From positions 40,610,001-40,674,000 of the forward strand of contig NC_043004.1 in the NCBI RefSeq assembly GCF_006345805.1: 64,000 nt of DNA, in the 5' to 3' direction. The notes beneath the pieces are model-generated. The model was given only the letters and a program-made list of their open reading frames with translations, was not told the DNA's origin and did no database searches. A program made the translations under genes and the position numbers. Shown in pieces: positions 26,859 through 38,039 of this stretch (positions are counted from its first letter, which is position 1; each line of letters opens with the position of its first letter). Source of the DNA: Octopus sinensis (Eukaryota).

Positions 26859-27482
26859 GGAACATGTGGAAGAGGTAGACCCAGGAAAACCTGGGACGAG
26901 GTTGTGAAGCATGACCTTCGAACATTAGGGCTCACCGAGGAAATGACAAGTGACCGAGACCTTTGGAAGTATGCTGTGTGTGAGAAGACCCGGCAGTACA
27001 AGTGAGACCATAACCCGTGGCCTCTACCTGGGATGTAGCCAGTCCACTTATGCATACCTTTCCTTCTTGGGACACAAAACTCTACTTGTGAAGACCTGTT
27101 GAGGCAAGTGAAAATCAAAATCAAAATCGAAATTGATCACCATCAACGGAAATTGTAGTTGTGATATCAGTGCTGGTGGCACGTAAGAGAACCATCCGAT
27201 CATGGCCGTTGCCAGTGCCGTCCTGACTGCCCTTCGTGCCGGTGGCACGTAAAAAGCACCATCCGATCGTGGCCGTTGCCAGCCACGTCTGGCACCTGTG
27301 CCAGTGGCATGTAAAAAGCACCCACTACACTCACGGAGTGGTTGGTGTTAGGAAGGGTGTCCAGCTGTAGAAACACTGCCAGATCAGACTGGGCCTGGTG
27401 CAGCCTCTGGCTTCCCAGATCCCAGTCAAACCGTCCAACCCATGCTAGCATGGAAAGCGGATGTTAAACGATGATGATGATG
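26859..27482 (+). mobile_element. RTE-clade LINE 3' end, best-preserved copy
   Basis: 26859-27005 encodes GTCGRGRPRKTWDEVVKHDLRTLGLTEEMTSDRDLWKYAVCEKTRQYK*; modular 3' UTR; (GAT)n tail. Confidence 0.92.
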
Positions 27483-27608
27483 TATCTCCATGTTATATTA
27501 TTAATCTGATACAACTTGTCCAATTGTTACTGTATTTTGTATTTTTTTAATTTTCATATATAGCATATAAGCATTAATTTTTTTATTTTTTAGATTACAC
27601 CTGTGATA

Positions 27609-28600
27609 ATGAGAGGTGAAAAAATTGTAATATAGAACCATTTTATGTTGCCAGTGGATATAAGGATTGAGTAGAGAAGGCAGTGGCAAAAGAAATTAAT
27701 GATGTAGAAGGCCCAGAAACTTTCAATGAACATGTAGCACAAAATTGGTTCAAACAGTTCAAGGAAGCTGACGCCAGCCTCCAAGACAAACCAATTTCAG
27801 GAAGATCCTCTGTTGTGGAAGATGAGACCTTGCTTGAAATAGTTGAACAAGTGTCAACCCAAGCACTTGTATATTGTTGATAGAACTTGGTCCTTCACAA
27901 AACACCATCTACCAACACCTCCTTGGCCTTGTGAAGAGATGCTGTCAAGAAGTTGCTCGTGAATTGACAAATGACCAGGCTCAATAACTTGTGAACATTT
28001 GCAAACACATGATGGCAAATCCTTGAAATGCCTGTTTTTGGTGTTGAATTGTAACTGGGGATGAAAAATGAGGAGTGGCTGTGTGGTAAGTAGCTTGCTT
28101 ACAAATCACATGGTTCTGGGTTCAGTCCCACTGCGTGGCACCTTAGGCAAGTGTCTTCTACTATAGCCTCGGGCCGACCAAAGCCTTGTGAGTGGATTTG
28201 GTAGACAGAAACTGAAAGAAGCCCATCGTATATATGTATATATATATATGTGTGTGTGTTTGTGTGTCTGTGTTTGTCCCCCCCAACATCGCTTGACAAC
28301 CGATGCTGGTGTGTTTACGTCCCTGTAACTTAGCAGTTCGGCAAAAGGGACCGATAGAATAAGTACTAGGATTACAAAGAATAAGTCCTGGGGTCGATTT
28401 GGTCGACTAAAGGTGGTGCTCCAGCATGGCTGCAGTCAAATGACTGGAACAAGTAAAAGAGTAAAAGAGTAAAAGAGAATCCTAATAGAGAAATCAGGAA
28501 CTTCATTCCAGCCAGGCTTCAGAACCTGTTGTCAAAGAAAGGTAGTTTGAACAGAAGGTCATCTTGTGCATTTAATGGAAATTCAAGGGGGTGTTTGTAA
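27609..28600 (+). pseudogene. mariner transposase pseudogene interrupted by SINE
   Basis: AKEINDVEGPETFNEHVAQNWFKQFKEADASLQDKPISGR...IVTGDEK; SINE inserted right after TGDEK. Confidence 0.85.
28071..28478 (+). mobile_element. Full-length SINE family A
   Basis: Complete head, body and (GTAAAAGA)n tail. Confidence 0.92.
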
Positions 28601-29090
28601 ACTGCATCAACTTGTAAATTGGAAAATACAATATTATAATTTAATGAATGGGCATATAAAGTTTTGATCTTTAATGAAAAGGTTCAAGTATTTTTTTTAC
28701 TGTTTTGCAAAGAGCCTGTAAAGTAAAAATAAACTGTAAGCTTTCAATACTTATAACAAACTAGCTGACCACATGCCATCAATAATGACAGCTAATTGTA
28801 GTATTATATATATAAGTTGCAAAATAAGATGCATAATAATCACACATACAAACATTCACATACTTCCCTTGTTCACATACACACATATACTGACACATAG
28901 TGGAAACACTGGGTTTTTTTCACCCCTTCCTTATTCATCTATCACCTCTTCCTTTCTTTCATTGCTATTACTTTCACTCACTCCCTATTACTCTCACTAC
29001 TTCACCTTCACTGAATTACTATTTTCTTTCCTCCTCCACGTCCGGCTTGATTCTGGACAAATATATATATATAAATACACACACACACAT

Positions 29091-29139
<49 letters not shown>

Positions 29140-29140
29140 C

Positions 29141-29171
<31 letters not shown>

Positions 29172-29183
29172 CACATATATATA

Positions 29184-29231
<48 letters not shown>

Positions 29232-29243
29232 CACATACATACA

Positions 29244-29279
<36 letters not shown>

Positions 29280-29286
29280 TATATAT

Positions 29287-29331
<45 letters not shown>

Positions 29332-29630
29332 AACACAAATATATATAAAAGCACTATGTTCGTTATTATATTTGGAGATAAGAGTGTTTGAATTCTAAAT
29401 GAGGTTAGTCAAAGTTATTACAGTATTTTCCAGCGTACAAATCAAGTTTTTCTGACCGAGATTTACAACCAGAAAAGGGTAGGTTGACTTATGCACCATG
29501 ATGACTTTGGAGGACCAACATTTTCATGTGAAATGCAGCAGGATTAGGAAAGATAGTGTTGTTGCTTGAATGTTACACTACATGTATACAATATACACTA
29601 TGTTTGCTTGTATGCCGGAAAATATGGTAA

Positions 29631-30033
29631 TCTTTATATATAAAAGTGAGGTTGTGTGGTGTCTGTCTCCTACGATTTAGATTCCTAACTACTCCCACAT
29701 TTTGCGGTGCAGTGTAACCAAAACCGGGTATCTTATAGTCGTGATTCATATCGAGCCCTTCTGGGTATTAGCGCGTGTCTACGATGAGTCTACGATTTAA
29801 AAAAAAATTTACCATCATTTTTTTTCCATTTTAATGCATTTTTTTCGCTATTATATAAGGGAAGTAACTCTCCAAAAATGTCTACGATGAGTCAACGATT
29901 TAAAAAAAAAATTACCATCATTTGTTTTCCATTTTTAATGCATTTTTTTGCTATTTTTTGGCTATAACTCTCTAAAAATGCTTATATAGTTATTTCCCTT
30001 ACAAATCCGAGCAACACCGGGCGATACTGCTAG
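29631..30033 (+). mobile_element. Non-autonomous Helitron
   Basis: 5' TC, 3' hairpin CCGAGCAACACCGGG then CTAG, inserted between A and T, no TSD; sits in a pogo-like fragment (~29420-29630). Confidence 0.88.
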
Positions 30034-30830
30034 TTATTTAATAAAAACACTTCATGACATGAAGGTAAAAACATAGATCGAAGGTAAATTTACAATTGTC
30101 TGTTTTTTAGTACATTGTAAGCCTTGCAATGAAAAATATATGTTGTTGTCAGGAAAATTAGTCATCAATATTTGATGAGGTTTAAAAGATGTGAAAACTA
30201 GTTCAATTTATATCTTTTTATGAGCTCAGTGAGTGGAATTTATACCCCTGGTACACAATGTTTACTATACCAACAGAGAAATGGGGTAATTCCAGAATGA
30301 ATTATTAAAGAAAAAACAAATTCTTTACGATCACTTACTTCTGTGGACAATTTTATCAAATTTTGGACACTTTAGAGACAACAGGTTGTTTTTCATCATC
30401 AGATCTGATGTCGCTAAAGAGGGAATATATTTTATTTCCTTCGGTATGTGAAAACATGTAGGTAATTACAAACGTGTTTGTATGTGTGTGTGCGCGCATG
30501 CATACGCATGTGCAAGCAAGTATGTGTGTATGTACAATAGAATTAGTCAGTACTGAAAGCAATGCCATCTTTAATTCCGTATGGAGAAATAAACTGGAGA
30601 CAGACTTATGTGTGTGGGTATCTAAAAGTATTGACTCATTTATCTCTGGCGACAAAAATCTGGGAACACAAGAAAAATGTGGTGCTGCAAAGTGTTGATG
30701 GGGCAATAAATGGCAAGGAAGAGAAAGAGGCAGAGAGACAGACAGACAGATAGAGATTTATGGTACTGATAACGCACACATTTATATATATACTAATAAA
30801 AATTTGCTACCTTCGAATTATCGTGGAAAG

Positions 30831-30912
30831 CCATGCCGATGAAGAATATGGTTAGTAAAGTATAATTTTATATTCTTTATGCAAAACCTAATTCCGAAAT
30901 GCGCGTCCATGG
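30831..30912 (+). ncRNA. Minimal type-I hammerhead ribozyme relic (Penelope-type)
   Basis: Stem I CCATG/CATGG, core CCGATGA (U4C), stem II GAAT/ATTC, GAAA 30896-30899, near-palindromic stem III ATGCGCGT, GUC site at 30905-30907. Confidence 0.7.
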
Positions 30913-31242
30913 ATAACCAGATATTGATTGATTTTCGTTGCTTTACTCTCTGCTTGTGTGAATTATCTTCAAATATTTTGGTTTCTCCGGGAGACCCCCT
31001 TTTAAAGTAGAAGAAATAGCTAAGATTTTTGGCTGCTATTTCTAAATCTCAGTGTGTGGTGAAGCAAATCTTTGCTGAACCCTTTTTATTAGTATTACTT
31101 AAACTTACCGTGAAATGGTCCTTTTTTCATATCGAATTCTACTTGGTGAAATTATTAATTACTTCTTAATTAATTAATTTTACCCTTTGTTATTATCGTT
31201 TATATATATATATATATATACACATGAGATGCAGCACGAAGC

Positions 31243-31293
31243 TTTGTCAGTGAACAGGTCATGATCTCAAAGCGACGAAAATATTTTGACAAA
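31243..31293 (+). ncRNA. Minimal hammerhead-like motif with G3-C8 core, within a repeat (31220-31435) related to 45989-46296
   Basis: Stem I TTTGTCA/TGACAAA, core GTGAACA, stem II GTC/GAC, GAAA, palindromic AATATT. Confidence 0.55.
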
Positions 31294-31932
31294 TTAAATT
31301 TAGATGTTGAAGAGAATCTAACGGTTTTGTGTGTTTCTTAAATGGCTTATAAACACCTTCCACGCTGCAATTGTTTTCGTTCCAGCACACAATCTCAGAT
31401 CAAGTCACTCGCTATGCAAGTACATCTCCGTAATATATATACATATATATATGAACAGAGATGAAAATTAACAAGTCATTTTATTTTCACCAGTCAGGAA
31501 TTATTATCAAGTTTGTGAATTCAGCAAAAAGGTAAGAAAAACTTCCATCATTGATAGAAAGGCTTTTGCAGCTGAGAAGATTCTCGGAATATTTTTTGTT
31601 TCTTTTTGAGCATATTTTCCGAAAGTTTATACTGAAATCTTTTTAAAGAAATTGTTGAAAAAATTTGTTTGAACTGAAATCTCTTTATGTTTGATTCAAA
31701 AATACATAAAATGAGTAATGCAAGTAAAAATAAAAATGAGTTTGTCAATATTCAGAGGAATATATAAAATTTGGATTTATACCTGCTATCCACAATAAAC
31801 AGTCACCTTTCTGCCTCTTGTGCCAACAATGTTTGACCAACAAATCAACAAAACCAAATCGTCTTCAGTTGCATTTGAAGACAAAACATAGTATGCATGT
31901 ATATTCAGATTTAAATTACTTTAAGCCTTTAA

Positions 31933-32152
31933 CCCTTTCATTACTGTATTTATTTTGAGATACTCTATTTTTCTTTCAATTACTTTAAATATAACCAAGA
32001 ATTTAGTAAAATAGCTTAGTGATCATTCAGCTAGTGTTAGGAACATAAATTGTGACTAAGGTTTGGTGGAAGATTTTAGTTCAAAACTAATGAAAATTAG
32101 ACATTTGTACTTAGAGCCAGAGACGGTTTCAGCCAGGTTGGTAACGAATGGG
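31933..32152. mobile_element. piggyBac-like MITE inside the hAT ORF; partial copy at 44276-44471
   Basis: TTAA-CCCTTTC...GAATGGG-TTGA; the second copy ends GAAAGGG-TTAA. Confidence 0.75.
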
Positions 32153-33431
32153 TTGAAGAAGTTTGCAAAAAGAACAACAATACCATCTCTGTTTACTACA
32201 CAAACTGTTAATACCTGTCATACTCTTGAGGCTAGTTATGTAATTTCATTACTCATTGCTAAATGTGGAAAAAATCATACTATTGGAGAGGATTTAATTA
32301 AACCATCAATAACAGAATTTTTTAAATAGTTCTGGAAAAAAGATGAGAAAGTGGTTCAAGCCATGCCATTAAGTAACAATACTGTTAGAAGAAGACTAGA
32401 TGAAATGAGCGATGACATTGAAACACAACTTGTTGAAAAGCTGAAATCAAGAAAATTTTCATTACAAATGGATGAATCAACTTTAAGAGGCAATGAGGTC
32501 ATATTGCTAACCTATGCAAGATATATTGATAAAGGTGAATTTGCTGAAGAAATGATATTCTGCGAATCATTAGAATCCACCACTACTGCTACTGGTATAT
32601 ATATGATAAGTTAATAAATTACTTGGATATCAACAATATACCAATAGAGAACATAACATCTTGTGCTGCAGATGGTGCTCCTGTTATGATGGGCAAGAGG
32701 GCTGCTTAAGATTGATGAAAGATGAGAACCAAGAAATGCTTCTTGTGCACTGTGTTATTAATAGAGAGAACTTAGTATCCAAAAATATGTCTCCTGTTCT
32801 CAATGAGGTACTAAAATCAGTTATAAAATGTATCAATGCTTTCAAAGCTAATGCCAAATGTGAGAGTCTTTTCAAGCAGTTTTGTGAAAATGCAGACTAT
32901 ATGTGAGACTTTTATTTCACACTGAAGTAAGGTGGCTCTCAACGGGGAATTGTTTAAAAAGATTTATGGAACTATTTGATGTTCTTAGTGACTTTTTAAG
33001 GGACAAGCCTAAAATGAAGCTCCTGCTAACTGTTGATGGTAAAGTATTTGTGAGTTATTTAACAGAAATCTTTGAAAAACTGAATATGTTAAATGAACAA
33101 CTTCAAGGGTCAAATAAAACTCTTATTGATGCAAATACGAAGATATTTGGCTTTGCTACATTCATTGGGGTATGTTAAAAAAATATTTCTGACAAATTAT
33201 TGATCAGTTTCATTGTCTAAAAAAATGGGAGGTGATCGATGCTGCTGTACTTGGCATTGTGGATTATCTGAAAATATTGGCCTCTGATTTGAAAGAAAGA
33301 CTTTCTGATTTAAAACAAATTGATTTTCCAACATGGATGATGCAGCCAATGCTAGTGGATTTATCTGATGTTTCGATACAGTGCCAAGAAGAACTCTCAG
33401 AAATGCAAAATGATAAGTTAGTTAAAACTTT

Positions 33432-33656
33432 ATCGTGGCCGTTTGCGATCGTGGCCGTTTGCCAGCCTCGTCTGGCACGTAAAAAAGCACCCACTACACT
33501 CACGGAGTGGTTGGCGTTAGGAAGGGCATCCAGCCATAGAAACATTGCCAGATCAGACTGGGCCTGGTGCAGCCTTCTGGCTTCCCAGACCCCAGTTGAA
33601 CCGTCCAACCCATGCTAGCATGGAAAGCGGATGCTAAACGAAGATGATGATGATGA
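33432..33656 (+). mobile_element. RTE 3' tail inserted in hAT ORF
   Basis: Matches RTE UTR; hAT frame resumes after (GAT)n. Confidence 0.9.
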
Positions 33657-33724
33657 ATATGAAAGGAGTGATGTCATGGTTTTGTGATGAGACAGAAACC
33701 AAATACCTAAATTCAACCAACTTT

Positions 33725-34132
33725 GGGATCTTTTCGGTTTGAACAGCAGTTTTTAGCATAATTTCTCGGTAACTAAAAAATTTTAAAGTTCATATACTGG
33801 TAGAATGTGTTTATAAAACATCTTTTTCTCTTGGCTTTATTGAGAAAATTCTATAGTTTTGTAAGATATTTGTTGTTATTTTTCTTCAATTTCTGCAATT
33901 TCAACCAATCAATTACGTCCATTGAGGTAAAAAGCATTCTGTGCCGTATGAATATGTCCCTCGTTTAAGAAACAGATTGGGTTTATTTACATTTGTGAAG
34001 AAAAAAAGACACTCTTCCCCCTAACCCTAAAACAGATAGAAATGCAATAGATCGATACTAGGGTCATAATTATGAGTGACAATTTCATATGACACCGCTA
34101 GAAAAAACTGCCGTTCAAACCGAAAAGATCCC
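33725..34132. mobile_element. MITE with ~30-bp TIRs and 6-bp TSD
   Basis: GGGATCTTTTCGGTTTGAAC...GTTCAAACCGAAAAGATCCC; AACTTT at 33719-33724 and 34133-34138; removing it restores hAT frame NSTNFIRKLLL. Confidence 0.9.
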
Positions 34133-34369
34133 AACTTTATAAGAAAATTGTTGTTACTGTTCCCATCTTCATATTTAGCTGAATGTGGCTTTAGTGCTGT
34201 AAATAATTTGTTATAGAAGAAAAGAAATTGGCAGGATATCACTAAACAAGGAGATTTGAGACTAAAGCTGACTAAATTGGTACCTAATATAAAATCTCTC
34301 AGTAGCAGGCATGAAGCACAAGGATCTCACTAACTTTAGTTTACTTATTTTATATTCAAATATTTTATA

Positions 34370-34755
34370 CTAGCAGTATCGCCTGGCGTTGCTCGGGTTT
34401 GTAAGGGAAATAACTATATAAGCATTTTTAGAGAGTTAAAGCCAAAAAATAGCAAAAAATAGCATTAAAAATGGAAAAAAAATTATGGTAAATTTTTTTT
34501 AAATCGTTGACTCATCGTAGACATTTTTAAAGAGTTACTTCCCTTATATAATAGCGAAAAAATGCATTAAAATGGAAAAAAATGATGGTAAATTTTTTTT
34601 TAAATCGTAGACGCGCGCTAATACCCAGAAGGGCTCGATATGAATCACGACTATAAGATACCCGGTTTTGGTTAAACTGCACCGCAAAATGTGGGAGTAG
34701 TTAGGAATCTAAATTGTAGGAGACAGACACACAACCTCTCTTTTATATATAAAGA
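34370..34755 (-). mobile_element. Non-autonomous Helitron, same family as 29631-30033
   Basis: Reverse-complement match with TC start, hairpin and CTAG end, A|T site. Confidence 0.88.
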
Positions 34756-35236
34756 TTTCTGCATCTCAGTTCTCTGTTATATGTTTGTTGGGTCTTGCTC
34801 AACACTGCTTTGTGTGCTATTATGACAATGTACTTCGTTGTCAGCCTGACTGGCCCAATGGCATGCCTTGCCGACTTGTTATGTCTGTCAACTATTTATT
34901 TATAGTGGAACAGCTAACTTCTCTGGCTCAGGGGTGTCCTCCACAACAATGTTTTTGAAACTTTATTTATTTAACAGTCCTTCTGTTTTTTTTATTTTTC
35001 TCTTTCATGAATGCCATATTCTTTGGAAGCTTGTTTAGAGACCAAGTTAATAGCCTTTTAAGGTTCCGCCAAGTGAATAGTAGTCAAATTCTGAATAACA
35101 AGAATTAAATATCACAAGGGGGCCTCAGGATTTCAGAAATGATTCAGTGGGGCACATCCAAAACTCGGTTGGGAACCACTGATATATATATGTATGTATG
35201 TGTGTGTGTGTGTGTGTGTGGTGTGTGTGTGCGTGC

Positions 35237-35283
<47 letters not shown>

Positions 35284-35812
35284 AAACATATTCCTTTATT
35301 CTTTTACTTGTTTCAGTCATTTTGACTGTAGCCATGCTGGAGCACCCCCTTTAATCGAACGAATGACCCAGGGACTCATTCTCTGTAAGCCTAGTACTTA
35401 ATCTATCAGTCTCTTTTGCCAAACCACTAAGTTGTGTGAACGTAAACACACCAGCATTGCTTTTCGAGCGACGAGGGATGGAGAACAAACACAGACACAC
35501 AAGTACATACATTCATATGTGCATATATATATACATATATATATATATACACATATATATATACATATAATATATATACATATATATACATATATATAAA
35601 CATATATATATATACATATATATAAACATATATATATATATACATATATATATACATATAATATAAACATATATATATATAAACATATATATACATATAT
35701 ATATACACACATATATATATACATATATATAAACATATATATATACATATATATATATATACACATCTATATATATACATATATATATACATATATATAC
35801 ATATATATATAC

Positions 35813-35850
<38 letters not shown>

Positions 35851-35948
35851 GTGGCACATGTGTTCCAGTGGCACGTCTGTTCCGGTGGCACGTCTGTGCT
35901 AGTGGCACATAAAAGCACCCACTACACTCATGGAGTGGTTGGCGTTAG

Positions 35949-36270
35949 GATTTAAAACAAATTGATTTTCCAACATGGATGATGCAGCCAATGCTAGTGG
36001 ATTTATCCGATGTTTCGATACAGTGCCAAGAAGAACTCTCAGAAATGCAAAATGATGAGTCAGTTAAAACTTTATCGTGGCCGTTTGCCAGCCTCGTCTG
36101 GCACGTAAAAAGCACCCACTACACTCACAGAGTGGTTGGCATTAGGAAGAGCATCCAGCTGTAGAAACACTGCCAGATCAGACTGGGCCTGGTGCAGCCT
36201 CCTGGCTTCCCAGATCCCAGTCAAACAGTCCAACCCATGCTAGCATGAAAAGCCAACGTTAAACGATGAT
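35949..36270 (+). repeat. Local duplicate of ~33308-33656 (hAT fragment plus RTE-tail junction)
   Basis: GATTTAAAACAAATTGATTTTCC...AAAACTTTATCGTGGCC occurs twice with a few substitutions. Confidence 0.9.
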
Positions 36271-36278
36271 AATGATGA

Positions 36279-36360
<82 letters not shown>

Positions 36361-36687
36361 ACAAGCTTCTTTCAGTTTCTGTCTACCAGATCCACTCACA
36401 AGCCTTTTGGTTGGCCCAAGGCTATAGTAGAAGACACTTGCCCAAAGCGCCACACAGTGGGACTGAACCTGGAACCATGGGATTCAGAAGCAAGCTTCTT
36501 AGCACATAGCCACAATAATATACATATATAATATGGCCTGCTTGCTTATCCAGCAGAGTGGCATCATTTGAAGGCTAAAACAATGCACAACACATTGAGA
36601 CTAGCAATGTGTAACAACACCTGATAATCTGGCTGGTTACATGCTCACATGATATGTGATATATATATATAATGTACATATATATAG

Positions 36688-37740
36688 GTGCAGGAGTGCC
36701 TGTGTGGTAAGTAGCTTGCTAACAAACCACATGGTTCCGGGTTCAGTCCCACTGCATGGTATCTTGGGCAAGTGTCTTCTGCTATAGCTTTGGGCCGACC
36801 AAAGCCTCGTGAGTGGATTTGGTAGACAGAAACTGAAAGAAGCATGTTGTATATATATATATATATATATGTATTGTAGCAATAACCATTTTAGCCATTT
36901 TGAAATTTGGCGCGAATTGGCAATATGACGTAATCTCTTTGCCGTAGAATTATCATTTTCGTTTTTTTCCCATTGGTTAATATAACTGCTCATATAAAGA
37001 TTCCAGAAGTTTCGAAAAGAATATTTGTCCTGAATTTCGATTCTTTTTGGTCAGGTTGAGCAGTTATAAAAACCCTGGATTTGGGGAGAGACTTTAGTGT
37101 TCGTTTGGTTGTCACTCAACTCCACGTCACTCACTCTTTTGGAGACATCGGTAAATTTTATGCCATGTCTACGTTAGTCACAAATCTATTTTGATTTGTT
37201 GGTTAACGTATTAGATAGAAAGAAGAAATTAGCTAAGGAATTTATAGTCGTTTTTCTTCATGACGAAAGTATCTTTCTTACTGTAAAAAAATATGAATTG
37301 TTATATTTATATCATAAAAAATAATTTAAAAGAATATGTTTCTCTTCACATTTGTTTTTCAACTGAGTATAGATAAATATGCATTTCTGTAATCTTTGAT
37401 TTATGTTTCTTATAGCGGTTTAAAGGACACGATTAAAATATTCAACATACATGGTCGTTGATGTAGCGTTCCATGCGTATATGTCTATATGACGTTATAG
37501 TATATATATGTATGTGTGTGTATATGTTTGTGTGTCTGTGTTTGTCCCTCTAGCATTGCTTGACAACCGATGCTGGTGTGTTTAGGTCACTTAGCAGATC
37601 AGCAAAAGAGAACGATAGAATAAGTACTGGGCTTACAAAGAATAAGTCCTGGGGTCGATTTGCTCGACTAAAAGGCGGTGCTCCAGCATGGCCACAGTCA
37701 AATGACTGAAACAAGTAAAAGAGTAAAAGAGTAAATAAGA
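36688..37740 (+). mobile_element. SINE family A split by a ~630-bp unclassified insert in its central microsatellite
   Basis: 5' half at 36688-36845, 3' half at 37500-37740, same strand. Confidence 0.75.
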
Positions 37741-37746
37741 GTATAC

Positions 37747-37802
<56 letters not shown>

Positions 37803-38039
37803 ATGAGTGTGTTGTTAGAGTAGATGCAGAAGCAAGGGTGGCATTGAGGTTCCTACCTGTGTAAATATCTGATCATCTGTATTATCACCAGCTGCACCTG
37901 TAGATGAGAACACTCCTAGTATACATCTATGTCAGTACATGCACACCAACTGATGTAGATGTGCATGCACAAGAAAGAACGTATCAAAATGATCAAGTTA
38001 TTTGCCTGCATGTTTTGCCATTAATTCCCAGAGTTAAGA

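Larger units (their letters stand above)
31711..35181 (+). pseudogene. hAT Buster/Charlie-type (ZBED8/SCAND3-like) transposase pseudogene with right TIR
   Basis: QYSEEYIKFGF..PFCLLC..LHLKTKH (BED finger), MPLSNNTVRRR, FSLQMDES, VHCVINRENL, HTEVRWLS, FPSSYLAECGFS, EAQGSH* (stop 34331-34333); stops and frameshifts; right TIR GGGAACCACTG ends at 35181; left TIR not found. Confidence 0.93.

Noticed and set aside
29631-34755. Inverted Helitron pair bracketing the hAT transposase as one composite element
   Set aside because: Each copy has its own intact ends and A|T site inside a different older element, so they are independent insertions.
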